Assembly: GCA_019358935.1 (NCBI GenBank)
Contig: JAHHIK010000002.1
Coordinates: forward strand, 32,001 to 96,000
Origin: Tolypothrix carrinoi HA7290-LM1
Lineage (GTDB): Bacteria > Cyanobacteriota > Cyanobacteriia > Cyanobacteriales > Nostocaceae
Reading direction: 5' to 3'
Length of the DNA: 64,000 nt
The position numbers and the translations under genes are program-made. Below are positions 10,386 through 21,589 of the stretch, in pieces (position 1 is the first letter of the stretch; every line of letters begins with the position of its first letter). The notes under the pieces are model-generated. The model was given only the letters and a program-made list of their open reading frames with translations. It was not told the DNA's origin and did no database searches.

Positions 10386-10931
10386 ATGCAAAACTCAGGC
10401 AGATTACCAACAATAGGTTTAGGTTTAGAGCTTTTTCATGTTCAAACTGACACTTCTTTCGCGTTGCTACCAAATTTAACTACAATTCGCATTGGCAAAC
10501 CAAAAAGTCACTTTTTAGGAGATATCAATGTCTCCGATTTGCCAAATGCCAATTTTGTTTCACGCAATCATGCAGAAATTCAAATAGAAAAAAACATTTA
10601 TTATCTTGTAGATGTGGGAAGCTCTAATGGTACATTTCTCAACAACATCAGGTTAGAAGAAAAAAAGCGTTATCGGCTCAATTTAGGAGATAAAATAGAT
10701 TTAGGTCCGGGAAGTAAAGTCACATTTTTATTTCTCAGTAAACAAAAAGTAGCTCCCGAACCTCCTACCTCACTGAATAATCCAGGTACAGTCATTCAGC
10801 TTGAATTTGGGGAGACGAACGCAAAAGCAACTCTCAAAGAGAGTTTAAGCAAGTTTTTCCGCATATTTGGGAACATCTTGAATTATACTTGGCGATCGCT
10901 CAAAAAATTATTCAAGAAATTACGTCCCTAA
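10386..10931 (+). CDS. FHA domain protein
   Basis: IRIGK, VSRNHAEI, DVGSSNGTFLN FHA motifs. Confidence 0.85.
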   Translation: MQNSGRLPTIGLGLELFHVQTDTSFALLPNLTTIRIGKPKSHFLGDINVSDLPNANFVSRNHAEIQIEKNIYYLVDVGSSNGTFLNNIRLEEKKRYRLNLGDKIDLGPGSKVTFLFLSKQKVAPEPPTSLNNPGTVIQLEFGETNAKATLKESLSKFFRIFGNILNYTWRSLKKLFKKLRP

Positions 10932-10959
10932 CCTGTAATCTCACCCGTAGTGAGCGGTT

Positions 10960-11018
10960 CACCCTTCGGGTTCTGAAGTCGCTCATGGGGGTAACGAACA
11001 TGACCGCGCTGGCTCACC
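10960..11018. repeat. short dispersed repeat (GGGTTC..AGTCGCTCATGGGG...GACCGCGCTGGCTCAC); other copies at ~24948-25123 (nested) and ~41151-41207
   Basis: Same terminal sequences seen in three intergenic places. Confidence 0.75.
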
Positions 11019-11054
11019 GCTCAAAGCAAAAATTTTAAGGGATAGACCCGCTTA

Positions 11055-12764
11055 CTACATACAGCGATACAATTGATAAGGCACTCCGATACGGTAATGC
11101 TGCGTAGAATCAATTGTGCAATTGAACCGAGACATTACTATCTGCGGTGGATAATCTCGTCGTTTTATTCCCGGTGCAATAACCCATAAATTCATTTTAG
11201 AAATTGCGGGTGCAGGTAGTTGAGAAAGTTGTTGCCAAACAGAAAGTTCTTGCGAGTTCTTAAAAAAAGCAAATTTATCTAACTTTTCGCTCTTGATAAT
11301 CTTTCTAACTTTTTCCACTTCTAAAGCAAAACTTAAACCCAAAGCCACATCTTGATAATCTCTATATGCCATAACAACCATCAGCGGTACAGCAGGATTT
11401 TGGTTGATATGACGAGCAACTTGCTCTGGCTTGAAAGGCTTTTCAAACACTAAGTTAGAAACAACAAAAATAGAACTAAAAACGCCAACCAATAAAAAAA
11501 TTAATAAATTTTTACTTTGTAATTTTGCGGAAAGTTGGCGGTTGCCTGTACCGTCCCGCCAAACTTTCCAAGACGAATTTTGACTTTTACTAAGGCTAGC
11601 TGCTATTAAAGCGCAGAAACTCGGATAATAAACGAAATTGTAACGCGGAACAATAGTAATATCTTTATTCAAAAAATAAACAATAGCAAAGAATTCTAAC
11701 AACACCCAACCAGAAAAACTTAAAAGCGTTAATGTAGCTAAATGAGTTTTTGGTGTACCCCACAAAAGCCTTAAACCTAGAAAGATTTGCCGTCCTACCC
11801 AAATAGCAAACATCAACATTAACAAACCAGAGATAATTGCTATTGGTAAAGGCTGATTTTCAACAGGTAAACTAATCACCATCAACACCCAATTAATCAA
11901 AGTTTGATAAAAAGGAGCGATGTGTGCAGGAGAATTCAGCCAATCAGTTTCCGAACGATGAAAATGACTCAGCGTCACCATAAACCAAGGAATAAAGCTA
12001 ATCGCAACAGCACTAATAGATAGAATTAAGGCAAACCAGATTTGACGCTTAAGCTTGATAGACTTAGCGTATAGGGGATAATATATAAGTAAAATTAACG
12101 TTGCTATCTGAGCGAGAAATGCCAGAACACAAAAGTAGTGTACATAAAGAGCTATAATATTAATAATTGCCCATCTGAACCAAACCCAAAATCTAACTTT
12201 TTGTTTTTGAAAGATGTCTTGTTGAATTTGCATTAACCCCAATAACCCTAAAGTGATCAAGAGCATGGGCAAAGTGTAATGTCGTGCTTCTTGGGATAGG
12301 TAAACAGCAAAAGGTGAGACTGCCATTACAGCTGCTGCCGTTAAACCAGATGTTTTAGAAAAGGCGAGATTAACAGCATAAATTGCGGCGATCGCTCCCA
12401 CACCAAATAAAGCCGGAAGCTCGCGCAATTTTTCCACCCACTCTTGCCCTAATGGACTCAGCCACCCCAACCAAGCGTGCATAGAGCAAAAAAACAGCGG
12501 TGGATGCGTAGATTGTCGGGCAATATTTTCAGCAATTTCCGCACAGCTAACTTTCGGCTGATAAGTAAAAATCTCCTGCACTCGCTCAAGAGGAAACACC
12601 ACATCTAAAGGCAAATCATTATAACTTTTGCCCAAGCTGAAGATGGCAGTAATCACCTCATCCATCCACAGCGGTTTTAAATCCAAATGCCAAAAGCGCA
12701 AAATTGCGCCAAGAGCGATCGCGCCAATTAAAATTAGATAATGTATGCAAACACGTTTTTTCAT
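11055..12764 (-). CDS. GT39/PMT-like membrane glycosyltransferase
   Basis: LWMDEVIT, THPPLFF, SQEARHY and many TM segments. Confidence 0.8.
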   Translation of the reverse strand: MKKRVCIHYLILIGAIALGAILRFWHLDLKPLWMDEVITAIFSLGKSYNDLPLDVVFPLERVQEIFTYQPKVSCAEIAENIARQSTHPPLFFCSMHAWLGWLSPLGQEWVEKLRELPALFGVGAIAAIYAVNLAFSKTSGLTAAAVMAVSPFAVYLSQEARHYTLPMLLITLGLLGLMQIQQDIFQKQKVRFWVWFRWAIINIIALYVHYFCVLAFLAQIATLILLIYYPLYAKSIKLKRQIWFALILSISAVAISFIPWFMVTLSHFHRSETDWLNSPAHIAPFYQTLINWVLMVISLPVENQPLPIAIISGLLMLMFAIWVGRQIFLGLRLLWGTPKTHLATLTLLSFSGWVLLEFFAIVYFLNKDITIVPRYNFVYYPSFCALIAASLSKSQNSSWKVWRDGTGNRQLSAKLQSKNLLIFLLVGVFSSIFVVSNLVFEKPFKPEQVARHINQNPAVPLMVVMAYRDYQDVALGLSFALEVEKVRKIIKSEKLDKFAFFKNSQELSVWQQLSQLPAPAISKMNLWVIAPGIKRRDYPPQIVMSRFNCTIDSTQHYRIGVPYQLYRCM

Positions 12765-12784
12765 TATTTAGCTATTAATAAAGA

Positions 12785-12915
12785 TTGGGTAATGGGTAAT
12801 GGGTAATGGGTAATGGGTAATAACTTTTCTCATTAGCAATTCCCAATTCCCAATTCCCAATTACCAATGCCCAATTACCAATTCCCAATTACCAATTCCC
12901 AATTACCAATTCCCC
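12785..12915. repeat. STRR tract (TGGGTAA / CCAATTC / CCAATTA)
   Basis: Tandem heptamers in inverted arrangement. Confidence 0.85.
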
Positions 12916-12916
12916 T

Positions 12917-15451
12917 TTGATGTCAGACACTAATTTTACCGATCCGGTGCCTCACGAATCTGAAAAAGAAATATCTCCGCAATCAGCTTCTTCGGTGCGG
13001 GAAACCGCTGTAGCACTTATCCGCAACAGTTTGCGACTAGGACAACAACAAATGGCTGACTGGCGTTTTGGTCCTTTAGCTGTTTCCGCAGTTCCCGGTG
13101 CTGGGAAATCTACAGGTATGGCAGCGACTGCGGCGATCGCGATCGCTCGTCAATATGAATCTGCCAATCGCATAAAAGCGCGTCGTCAACTAATTGTAGT
13201 CACCTTTACTCGCTCTGCGGCTGCCAATATTAAAGCGAAAATTCGCGAATATTTAAGAGACAATTTATCTCTACCTCAAACAGGTTTTACTGTCTATACC
13301 TTGCACGGTTTGGCATTAAACATCGCAAGTCGTCATGCCGATTTATCCGGTTTGCAACTAGAACATGTCACATTAATTACACCAAGTCAAAGTCACCGTT
13401 TTATACGTACCGCCGTAGAACAATGGATTGGCAATAATTCTGACCGTTATTTCCGATTGTTGGAAGGTCATCAATTTGACGGGGAAGAAACAGAAAGATT
13501 GCGTCGCCAATCAGTGCTGCGAACCGAAGTATTGCCAGAATTGGCGCTGACAGTGATTCACGAAGCAAAAAGTTCCGGTATATCCCCAGAACAGTTGCGC
13601 GAGTGGAGTAAACAAACCACAGATGAATACGCTATTTTGAGCGTAGCCGCCGGATTATATGAACAATATCAGAATTTAATGCGATCGCGTGACTTCATCG
13701 ACTACGACGACATGATTTTAGCCGCCTTGCGCGTCTTAGAAAACGACAGCGCCAGACGAATCGAGCAAAATCAAGTTTTCGCCGTCTTTGAAGACGAAGC
13801 TCAAGATTCCAGCCCCTTGCAGACGAAGCTTTTAGAAATTTTGGCAAGCGGCGCGGAGGAGGGGGAGATGGGGAGATGGGGAGATGGGGGGACAAGGGGA
13901 CAAGGGGGGCAAGGGGGACAAGGGGGACAAGGGGGAGAGGAAATTACCAATGCCCAATTACCAATGCCCAATTACCCATTCCCAATTACCCATTCCCAAT
14001 TACCCATTCCCAATTCCCCCAAAATCAACTTGGTACGTGTCGGCGATCCTAACCAAGCGATTAACTCTAGCTTTACCCCAGCCGATCCAATTTATTTTCG
14101 GCAATTTTGCGAAGAGTGCAAAGCGCAAGACAGACTCGTAACAATGTATCAGGCTGGTCGCAGTAGTGAAATTATCATTGAAGCGGCAAACTTTGCTTTG
14201 GAATGGGTGAATAATCTTTATAAAAAGGATTTAACTAAAAATAATGCAAATAATCGGATTTCCACAACTCCATTTAGACCGCAAACAATTTACCCCGTTG
14301 AACCGAATCATCGCCAAGATGATGTTAATCCACAACCAATCGGTAGGGGATTAGAACTTTACACCCCACGCGATATTCATCACACCGTAGAGTTACTTTC
14401 TCAAAGGGTAATTCAGTTATTTGCCGAAGATCCAACGAATACCCGTGCGGCAGTGTTAGTCCGGGAAAATCGGCAAGGACGCTGGTTAGCTGAAGCGCTT
14501 GCCCCTGTGTGCAAAGAGCATCAAATTGTACTTTACGATGTGGGAGAACGCGATCGCCATTCTCATGTCCCAGAAGATATTTTGGCAATACTGCAATTTT
14601 GCGATCGCCCGCATTCCCCCGATTACTTGAAAGCTGCCTTAGAAGTCTTGGTACAGCGTCAATTAGTCCCCACACAAGACCTGAACGCCCTCGCGAGTCT
14701 TCCCGAAGAATTTCTCTATCCAGGTCCGTTGGCGTCACCGCAAACAGAATCGGTGCAAAAAGCCTGCCGCTTGTGTCGGAGTTTACTTCGCGCTCGTTTA
14801 GAACTGCCTTTATATCAGCTAATTTCCTTCATCGCTTTGGTGTTAAATTACGACCAAGCCGAACTCGCGACAGCAGACAAACTTGCAGAAAGGGTAAATC
14901 GGCAAATAGCTGGTAATAGTTCAATGGGGACGATGCTGGCAGCTTTAAGTGAAATCGTCAGTTCCGAACGATTTGAACCTGTGGAAACCGAAGATGTAGA
15001 AGCGCGTTACACTCGTCGCGGTCAACTTACCATCATCACCATGCACAAAGCAAAAGGACTAGATTGGGACTTTGTTTTTCTGCCCTTTTTGCACGAAAAC
15101 TTAATTCCCGGTAGATTTTGGGTTCCTCCCCAAAGGCAGTTTTTAGGCGACTTTACTTTATCAGAAGTTGCTCGCGCCCAAATTCGCGCCGCCCTCCACG
15201 GTGAAGAAAGCATACCCAGCACCACCGCTGCTTGGGAGCAGGCAAAACACCTGAAAACTGCTGAGGAATACCGTTTATTATATGTCGCCATGACGCGGGC
15301 AAAGCGTTTGTTGTGGATGTCTGCCGCCCAAAAAGCGCCATTTACCTGGAGTAAGCCGGATAATTTACAACAACAAGCTGCATGTCCGGTTTTTCCGGCG
15401 TTAAAGCAGCAGTTTCCTGAATGTATGATGGTAACAACAGTATTCAAATAA
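12917..15451 (+). CDS. UvrD/REP family ATP-dependent helicase
   Basis: AVPGAGKS (Walker A), VTFTRSAA, EDEAQD, VGDPNQAI, TMHKAKGLDW, RLLYVAMTRA. Contains an in-frame STRR insertion at ~13856-14022. Confidence 0.92.
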   Translation: MMSDTNFTDPVPHESEKEISPQSASSVRETAVALIRNSLRLGQQQMADWRFGPLAVSAVPGAGKSTGMAATAAIAIARQYESANRIKARRQLIVVTFTRSAAANIKAKIREYLRDNLSLPQTGFTVYTLHGLALNIASRHADLSGLQLEHVTLITPSQSHRFIRTAVEQWIGNNSDRYFRLLEGHQFDGEETERLRRQSVLRTEVLPELALTVIHEAKSSGISPEQLREWSKQTTDEYAILSVAAGLYEQYQNLMRSRDFIDYDDMILAALRVLENDSARRIEQNQVFAVFEDEAQDSSPLQTKLLEILASGAEEGEMGRWGDGGTRGQGGQGGQGGQGGEEITNAQLPMPNYPFPITHSQLPIPNSPKINLVRVGDPNQAINSSFTPADPIYFRQFCEECKAQDRLVTMYQAGRSSEIIIEAANFALEWVNNLYKKDLTKNNANNRISTTPFRPQTIYPVEPNHRQDDVNPQPIGRGLELYTPRDIHHTVELLSQRVIQLFAEDPTNTRAAVLVRENRQGRWLAEALAPVCKEHQIVLYDVGERDRHSHVPEDILAILQFCDRPHSPDYLKAALEVLVQRQLVPTQDLNALASLPEEFLYPGPLASPQTESVQKACRLCRSLLRARLELPLYQLISFIALVLNYDQAELATADKLAERVNRQIAGNSSMGTMLAALSEIVSSERFEPVETEDVEARYTRRGQLTIITMHKAKGLDWDFVFLPFLHENLIPGRFWVPPQRQFLGDFTLSEVARAQIRAALHGEESIPSTTAAWEQAKHLKTAEEYRLLYVAMTRAKRLLWMSAAQKAPFTWSKPDNLQQQAACPVFPALKQQFPECMMVTTVFK

Positions 15452-15638
15452 GTAGAGACGTTCCAAACCGAACGTCTCTACGAGAGTTTTGTCAACCCCA
15501 AAAATGCATAAGTTAATTAAATTTACGCCTATTAAGAATTACAGCGAGATTCGTTGATAACTTCCTCAAAGATGATATCTTATAGTTGCCATATATACCA
15601 CTTTTGATAGATGTAGGAACCGCATTAAAGGAGCAGTT

Positions 15639-16046
15639 ATGAAATTAAGCACCGATAGAGAATACTTGTACTATTTGCCAAACGCCAGTTTAACCCTCAG
15701 ACTGATTCAACATCTGCACGCCAAACCGGAAATACCCGTTTTCTGTGTGACGATAATTCATGAAATTGATGGCTGGTTAGTGCGAATCAAGCTAAATAGT
15801 CAGATTACGCCTTTGGAATCTGGAAATCTTCGAGCTTTTTTAAATGAATTAGGAATTAGCTACGAGCCGCAAAAGCGTTTGCAGATGGCATTTCTAAGTT
15901 TAGAATCTGGGCAGTGTCCTGTAAAAACGATGCGTCGCTACCAAATATCGATTGTCTCTCACGGTAGCCCTAATAAAGAGGAAATTGAGGCGTTTCGGGA
16001 GCAGTTTGTCAAAAAATTAGGCTATTGCCCGCAAACTCTGGTGTAA
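15639..16046 (+). CDS. conserved hypothetical protein
   Basis: 135-aa ORF with AAGGAG RBS; EYLYYLPNASLTLR...LGYCP pattern typical of cyanobacterial hypotheticals. Confidence 0.7.
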   Translation: MKLSTDREYLYYLPNASLTLRLIQHLHAKPEIPVFCVTIIHEIDGWLVRIKLNSQITPLESGNLRAFLNELGISYEPQKRLQMAFLSLESGQCPVKTMRRYQISIVSHGSPNKEEIEAFREQFVKKLGYCPQTLV

Positions 16047-16220
16047 ACCAATCGATTTTTGATTTCTTTTGCCTTGGAAAAAAATTATAGGTTTGCGCGG
16101 TATTATTTGCATCATACTTAAGATATAGATTTTTTGACTTGGGAAGAAAATTTGTAGATTTCTTTGGCGTTGACGCAAGGTGTTTAAGACAAGCGAACGC
16201 TCTCAATTTCACGTACACTG

Positions 16221-16838
16221 TTACAATTTATGAATCAAGCTGGCGGTAACGACTTGCTCGACTGTTACCGCTAGTTCTGGAAAAGTCTGTGAGATAATGC
16301 GATCGGATTCCTTATATTGTTGAACTTGATATTGACCATCAATTAACTGGTAAACAAAAACCGAGGGAACTTTGGGATTACCAAGATAATTGCGGGAGGC
16401 TATGGCTAAATAATCAACAATCCAATACTCAGCAATACCCAGACGTTGATACTCGTCTAACTTATCAACGTAATCATCTTCCCAATTAGTTGATACCACT
16501 TCTACAGCAAGTTGGATCGGTTCAGTTAAAGCGCCATATGCTAGTACATTTGCGTTCCACACAGAAGCAATAACTACACCCACATCAGGGTTTCTACCTT
16601 GTTCTCTCCCCTGAGCCGTTTTAGTTCTGAAGACTATATCCTTATCAACAATGTAATCTAGTTCTAAGCGTCTAATTTCATCATTGAAACTAAACATTAA
16701 AAATCTTGCTACATTCTTATCTGCTCTAGTAGCCTGTACTTGAACCAGATCGCCATTCACAAGTTCAAAGATACCATAGCCATCTGGGTACTGGGCAAGA
16801 AATTCCTCAAAAGTCAGCTTCTTGTTGGTGGTGAGCAT
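16221..16838 (-). CDS. Uma2 family endonuclease
   Basis: FELVNGDL, RNPDVGV, LAVEVVSTNWEDDYVDKLDEYQRLGIAEYWIVD. Confidence 0.92.
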   Translation of the reverse strand: MLTTNKKLTFEEFLAQYPDGYGIFELVNGDLVQVQATRADKNVARFLMFSFNDEIRRLELDYIVDKDIVFRTKTAQGREQGRNPDVGVVIASVWNANVLAYGALTEPIQLAVEVVSTNWEDDYVDKLDEYQRLGIAEYWIVDYLAIASRNYLGNPKVPSVFVYQLIDGQYQVQQYKESDRIISQTFPELAVTVEQVVTASLIHKL

Positions 16839-16918
16839 AAAACTTCCGCGCTATTATAATTAGTTCAATTTATTTCTTTTAGCTTATAATTAGGGATCGT
16901 GTCGAATTAAGTTAGTTT

Positions 16919-17116
16919 ATGCCCAAACTAAAAACCCGTAAAGCAGCGGCGAAACGATTCCGCGTTACCGCTACAGGTAAAATTATGCGTCGCAAAGCCT
17001 TTAAGAATCACCTTCTACAGCACAAAACTGCGAGCAAAAAGCAGAAATTGTCGAAGATGGCAGTTGTAGACGAACGCGATGCTGAAAATGTACGCTTAAT
17101 GCTTCCCTATTTGTAA
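16919..17116 (+). CDS. rpmI: 50S ribosomal protein L35
   Basis: [14 protein letters not shown]...HLL. Confidence 0.97.
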   Translation: MPKLKTRKAAAKRFRVTATGKIMRRKAFKNHLLQHKTASKKQKLSKMAVVDERDAENVRLMLPYL

Positions 17117-17135
17117 ATTAATCCAAAATTAAACA

Positions 17136-17492
17136 ATGACAAGAGTAAAACGCGGTAACGTAGCTCGTAAACGCCGCAAAAAAATTCTCAAACTAGCCAA
17201 AGGCTTTCGCGGTTCTCACTCAACTTTGTTTAGAACCGCTAATCAACAAGTGATGAAAGCGCTGCGGAGTGCTTATCGCGATCGCAAAAACCGCAAACGC
17301 GATTTTCGTCGTCTGTGGATCACCCGCATTAACGCTGCTGCACGCCTACACGGTTTGAGTTACAGTCAGTTGATGGGCAATCTCAAAAAAGCCAACATCG
17401 AACTCAATCGCAAAATGTTAGCGCAAATGGCAGTCCTCGATCCGGCAGGTTTCAGCAAAGTTGCTGAATTAGCCAGCCAAGCAAAGGGATAA
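17136..17492 (+). CDS. rplT: 50S ribosomal protein L20
   Basis: MTRVKRG...[15 protein letters not shown]...LNRKMLA. Confidence 0.97.
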   Translation: MTRVKRGNVARKRRKKILKLAKGFRGSHSTLFRTANQQVMKALRSAYRDRKNRKRDFRRLWITRINAAARLHGLSYSQLMGNLKKANIELNRKMLAQMAVLDPAGFSKVAELASQAKG

Positions 17493-17494
17493 AG

Positions 17495-18319
17495 ATGCAA
17501 CGGATGAATAACGGATGTAACAGATGGAAAGCAATTACTCAGTTACATCTGGTATTATCCGCTACTTTAATTTTTTTGTTGAGCTTTTGTTTTGCAGACA
17601 GCCAATTAACTGCAAATGCGGCAGAAATGCCAGAAATTCAGCAGCGCGGGTACTTAAAAGTTGCGGTTAAAAATAATTTACGTCCGCTAGGATTTACTGA
17701 TGTCAGCGGCAAACTGCAAGGTTTAGAAATTGATTTAGCGAAAGCCTTAGCGCAAGACTTATTAGGCAAAGAAAACGCAGTCAAGTTAAAACCTACAAGC
17801 AATCGCGATCGCATGACTGTAGTTTTAAATAATCAAGTTGATCTGACTATAGCCAGAGTCACAGCAACTTCTTCACGCTCTCGTTTAGTTAGCTTCAGTG
17901 TTCCCTACTATTTTGATGGGACTGTATTACTTACCAAAGATGCTTCAGCGCAACGGCTTGCGGATTTTGCCAGACGGAAAATAGCCGTTTTGAAAAAGTC
18001 TAGCACGATTGCGGAAGTTAAATATTATATACCAAATGCGGAGTTAGTGGGAGTGAATTCTTACGAAGAAGCGCGATCGCTTTTAGAAAAGAATACCGCA
18101 GATGCTTTTGCCGCAGATGCCAGCGTCCTCAGCGGTTGGGTGCAACAATATCCCGAATATCGCTTACTTTCAACCAAACTATCAACACAACCCTTATCGG
18201 TAGTAATGCCCAAGGGATTGCAGTACGATGAATTGCGACAGCGAGTAAATGAAGCGATCGCTCGTTACATAGCTAATGGTTGGGTTACTGAACGCGTAAA
18301 ATACTGGGGATTACCCTAA
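17495..18319 (+). CDS. amino-acid ABC transporter substrate-binding protein (SBP family 3)
   Basis: Signal peptide, GLEIDLAKALA, FSVPYY. Confidence 0.85.
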   Translation: MQRMNNGCNRWKAITQLHLVLSATLIFLLSFCFADSQLTANAAEMPEIQQRGYLKVAVKNNLRPLGFTDVSGKLQGLEIDLAKALAQDLLGKENAVKLKPTSNRDRMTVVLNNQVDLTIARVTATSSRSRLVSFSVPYYFDGTVLLTKDASAQRLADFARRKIAVLKKSSTIAEVKYYIPNAELVGVNSYEEARSLLEKNTADAFAADASVLSGWVQQYPEYRLLSTKLSTQPLSVVMPKGLQYDELRQRVNEAIARYIANGWVTERVKYWGLP

Positions 18320-18324
18320 ATTAG

Positions 18325-18492
18325 GTAATAGGGAATGGGGAATTGGTAATGGGGAATTGGTAATGGGGAATTGGGCATTGGGCATAGGGCATAGGGCATA
18401 TCAAGAGGGGGAAAGGGAAAAGGGGAAAGGGAAAAATTATTATTCCATTACCCATTACCCATTACCCATTCCCCACTCCCCCATCTCCCCCC
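18325..18492. repeat. STRR tract
   Basis: Tandem GGGAATT/GGGCATA/GGGAAAA/CCATTAC heptamers. Confidence 0.8.
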
Positions 18493-18529
18493 CTGATAAT
18501 AGATACAAAAGAGACTTTTAATAAAGGCA

Positions 18530-19054
18530 ATGGATAACAATCTAGCGGTTATTTATCTCTCAATTTTTGTTGTGTTGCTCGGATTTACAGTCGTGAGCAT
18601 TTTTCGGCAAGTATTCAAAACTCGCAGGCTGGAAAGCTCAATGTCACGCTTGCGGAAAAAACTGAGTACATCCAAGGGTACGACTCAAGAATATTATGAG
18701 TTAGCGAGTATTTATTCTGAAAAGAAAGTGTTTTCTCAGGCGATCGCTCTGTTTCAAAAAGCCCTTAAAGCCGCTGAAGAAGAAGGCGAAGAAAATACCG
18801 CCCCGATTTATAATGCACTGGGGTATACTTACTTCGCACAAGAGCAGTATGATTTAGCGATTCGTCAATACAAAGAAGCGCTTAAATCTAAACCTGAGTA
18901 TGTAACAGCTATGAATAATCTCGCTCATGCCTACGAGAAAAAGAATTTAAATGCTCAAGCTCTAGAAATGTACGAACAAGCACTGAAAATTGATGCAAAT
19001 AATGCTACGGCAAAACGTCGCGCTCAATCTTTGCGACGCCTGGTTTCTGCGTAA
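18530..19054 (+). CDS. ycf37: TPR protein with N-terminal TM helix (Ycf37-like)
   Basis: One TM helix plus ~3 TPRs (YNALGYTYF, MNNLAHAY), downstream of rplT. Confidence 0.6.
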   Translation: MDNNLAVIYLSIFVVLLGFTVVSIFRQVFKTRRLESSMSRLRKKLSTSKGTTQEYYELASIYSEKKVFSQAIALFQKALKAAEEEGEENTAPIYNALGYTYFAQEQYDLAIRQYKEALKSKPEYVTAMNNLAHAYEKKNLNAQALEMYEQALKIDANNATAKRRAQSLRRLVSA

Positions 19055-19313
19055 TTAGGGATGCTTGGACTGGTGACTGGGGATTGGGAATAAACATAGC
19101 TACTATGATAATCTTTTTCAAGCGTCCCTAATCCCTAATCCCTAATCCCCAGTCCAAGCTCAAGAGCGTCCAAGCTCAAGAGCGATCGCCATTTGTGTAA
19201 AGTCCTGTAAGCGTCTATTCCCTAAGAACTGCAACTTCTGAGAGAATCAAAAACGATTTAATAATCAAGCACTTATTGTCCATGTCGGTTTCAATTAAAG
19301 GGAGAACACAGTA

Positions 19314-20840
19314 ATGAAATTGGCTTACTGGATGTATGCTGGTCCGGCCCACATAGGCACACTGCGGGTTGCCAGTTCTTTTAAAAACGTTCATGCGATC
19401 ATGCACGCTCCACTCGGCGATGACTATTTTAACGTTATGCGTTCCATGCTAGAGCGCGAGCGGAACTTCACCCCGGTGACAACCAGCGTCGTAGATCGCA
19501 ACGTTTTAGCGCGGGGTTCCCAAGAAAAAGTGGTAGATAACATCACCCGCAAAGACGCTGAAGAACACCCCGATTTGATTGTGTTGACTCCTACTTGCAC
19601 CTCTAGTATTCTCCAAGAAGATTTGCACAACTTTGTGGAGCGATCGCAGTTAGAAGCTTCATGTGACGTCATGCTAGCGGATGTGAACCACTACCGCTTC
19701 AACGAATTGCAAGCCGCTGATCGCACTTTGCAACAAATCGTTCAATATTACATTGAGAAAGCTCGCAAAAAAGGCGAACTGCCAGAAGGAAAAACCGAAA
19801 AACCCTCAGTTAACATCATCGGTTCTTCTACCCTTGGTTTCCACAACCAGCACGACTGCACCGAACTCAAGCGCTTGATGGCTGACTTAGGAATTGAGGT
19901 TAATACCGTCATTCCCGAAGGCGCTTCGGTGTACGATATTAAGAAGATGCCCCGCGCCTGGTTTAACCTCGCACCTTACCGCGAACTCGGTTTAATGGCG
20001 GCTAGTTACCTTGAAGCTGAATTCGGCATTCCCTGCGTAGATATTACGCCAATGGGTGTAGTAGAAACAGCTAGATGTATCCGTAAAATTCAGCAGGTGA
20101 TAAACGCTCAAGGCGCTGATGTAGATTACGAAGAGTTCATCAACGAGCAAACTTTGCATGTATCGCAGGCTGCATGGTTCTCGCGTTCGATTGACTGTCA
20201 GAACTTGACTGGTAAGAAAGCAGTAGTGTTTGGTGATAATACTCACGCTGCGGCGATGACCAAGATTTTAGCACGGGAGATGGGAATTCATGTAGTATGG
20301 GCGGGAACCTACTGCAAATACGATGCTGACTGGTTCCGCGAACAGGTGAGCGAGTATTGCGATGAAGTGCTGATTACTGAAGATCATGGCGCAATTGGAG
20401 ACGCGATCGCCCGCGTCGAACCTTCAGCAATTTTCGGTACACAAATGGAACGCCACGTTGGTAAGCGTTTGGATATTCCTTGTGGCGTAATTGCTGCACC
20501 GATCCACATTCAGAACTTCCCTCTTGGTTACAAACCATTCATGGGTTATGAAGGGACAAATCAGATTGCAGATTTGGTCTACAATTCCTTTACTTTGGGA
20601 ATGGAAGATCATCTATTAGAAATCTTCGGCGGACACGACACCAAAGAAGTTATTACCAAAGGAATTTCTGCGGAATCTGACTTGAACTGGACAAAAGATG
20701 GTTTGGCAGAATTGAACAAGATTCCTGGATTTGTGCGGGGTAAAGTGAAGCGAAATACCGAGAAATTTGCACGCGATCGCGGATTTAAAGATATCAACGT
20801 CGAAGTGTTGTACGCCGCGAAGGAATCAGTCGGAGCGTAA
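19314..20840 (+). CDS. chlB: light-independent protochlorophyllide reductase subunit B
   Basis: [27 protein letters not shown]-terminal PCP_red ([14 protein letters not shown]). Confidence 0.98.
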   Translation: MKLAYWMYAGPAHIGTLRVASSFKNVHAIMHAPLGDDYFNVMRSMLERERNFTPVTTSVVDRNVLARGSQEKVVDNITRKDAEEHPDLIVLTPTCTSSILQEDLHNFVERSQLEASCDVMLADVNHYRFNELQAADRTLQQIVQYYIEKARKKGELPEGKTEKPSVNIIGSSTLGFHNQHDCTELKRLMADLGIEVNTVIPEGASVYDIKKMPRAWFNLAPYRELGLMAASYLEAEFGIPCVDITPMGVVETARCIRKIQQVINAQGADVDYEEFINEQTLHVSQAAWFSRSIDCQNLTGKKAVVFGDNTHAAAMTKILAREMGIHVVWAGTYCKYDADWFREQVSEYCDEVLITEDHGAIGDAIARVEPSAIFGTQMERHVGKRLDIPCGVIAAPIHIQNFPLGYKPFMGYEGTNQIADLVYNSFTLGMEDHLLEIFGGHDTKEVITKGISAESDLNWTKDGLAELNKIPGFVRGKVKRNTEKFARDRGFKDINVEVLYAAKESVGA

Positions 20841-20870
20841 GTTAGCCGATGCGCGTATTCTTGAAATAGA

Positions 20871-20896
20871 AAGGCATCCTTAGAGGATGCTTTTTT
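20871..20896 (+). terminator. intrinsic terminator after chlB
   Basis: GCATCCT-TAG-AGGATGC hairpin followed by a T-run; lies between convergent genes. Confidence 0.7.
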
Positions 20897-20902
20897 GATT
20901 TC

Positions 20903-21328
20903 TTATTCTGACTTCAGCAAACGAACGAAGCCTGCTTGTTCAAAGTGGTGATCCGTAGTTAACGCTTCTTGAATTCCTAACTGTTGCATTACTGCAAAAG
21001 AGGTGCTATCTACCAAAGACCAAGCTTTATCTTCTCTAGTTTTTAGAAGATTCCAAGCTGCTGCGTCTATTGCTGCATCTATGTGAACAAGGTTAATATA
21101 TGACGCAGTTTTCACAGCATCTACGTATTTAAACAACTGCGGACGAGGTACACGTAAAGGGCTATTTAGCAAAGCAACTAATTCAATAACAACATAATTA
21201 GTTGTCACCATTTCTTGATTTTGCAGACGCGCTTTTTGAAACCATTGCTTTGCCTGTTCGTGATATAACTCGGTTGCAACAAATAAATTAGCCCACCCTG
21301 ATGTATCTACGAAAACTTTATTCGGCAA
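20903..21328 (-). CDS. VapC/PIN domain toxin
   Basis: VFVDTSGW, WSLVDSTSF, ALTTDHHFEQAGF. Confidence 0.9.
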   Translation of the reverse strand: MPNKVFVDTSGWANLFVATELYHEQAKQWFQKARLQNQEMVTTNYVVIELVALLNSPLRVPRPQLFKYVDAVKTASYINLVHIDAAIDAAAWNLLKTREDKAWSLVDSTSFAVMQQLGIQEALTTDHHFEQAGFVRLLKSE

Positions 21329-21575
21329 TATTCAACTCCTGCTGCAAGCTTTCTCTTATATAGTTATCGTGATTTTCTCCTAAATCGGAATTTGGAAATT
21401 TTAATGTACCAATCAGTGGCAATATTGGATCGGCTTCCAAGCTATTTGTTTGCTTTGCTGATTGAGTTAGAGATTGTAAAACTAATTCCTCTAAAGATAA
21501 ATTGAGTTGTTCAGCCTGGATGGTTAATTGATATTCTAAGTCATCTGGTAACTTTATTGTTAATGTTTTTGCCAT
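21318..21575 (-). CDS. putative antitoxin (RHH-like)
   Basis: TLTIKLPDDL...DLGENHDNYI; overlaps the toxin start by 11 nt. Confidence 0.75.
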   Translation of the reverse strand: MAKTLTIKLPDDLEYQLTIQAEQLNLSLEELVLQSLTQSAKQTNSLEADPILPLIGTLKFPNSDLGENHDNYIRESLQQELNIAE

Positions 21576-21589
21576 TTTATTTACCTTCA

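Noticed and set aside
19152..19183. 16-bp tandem duplication GTCCAAGCTCAAGAGC upstream of chlB
   Set aside because: Most simply a slippage event beside an STRR tract; no evidence of function.
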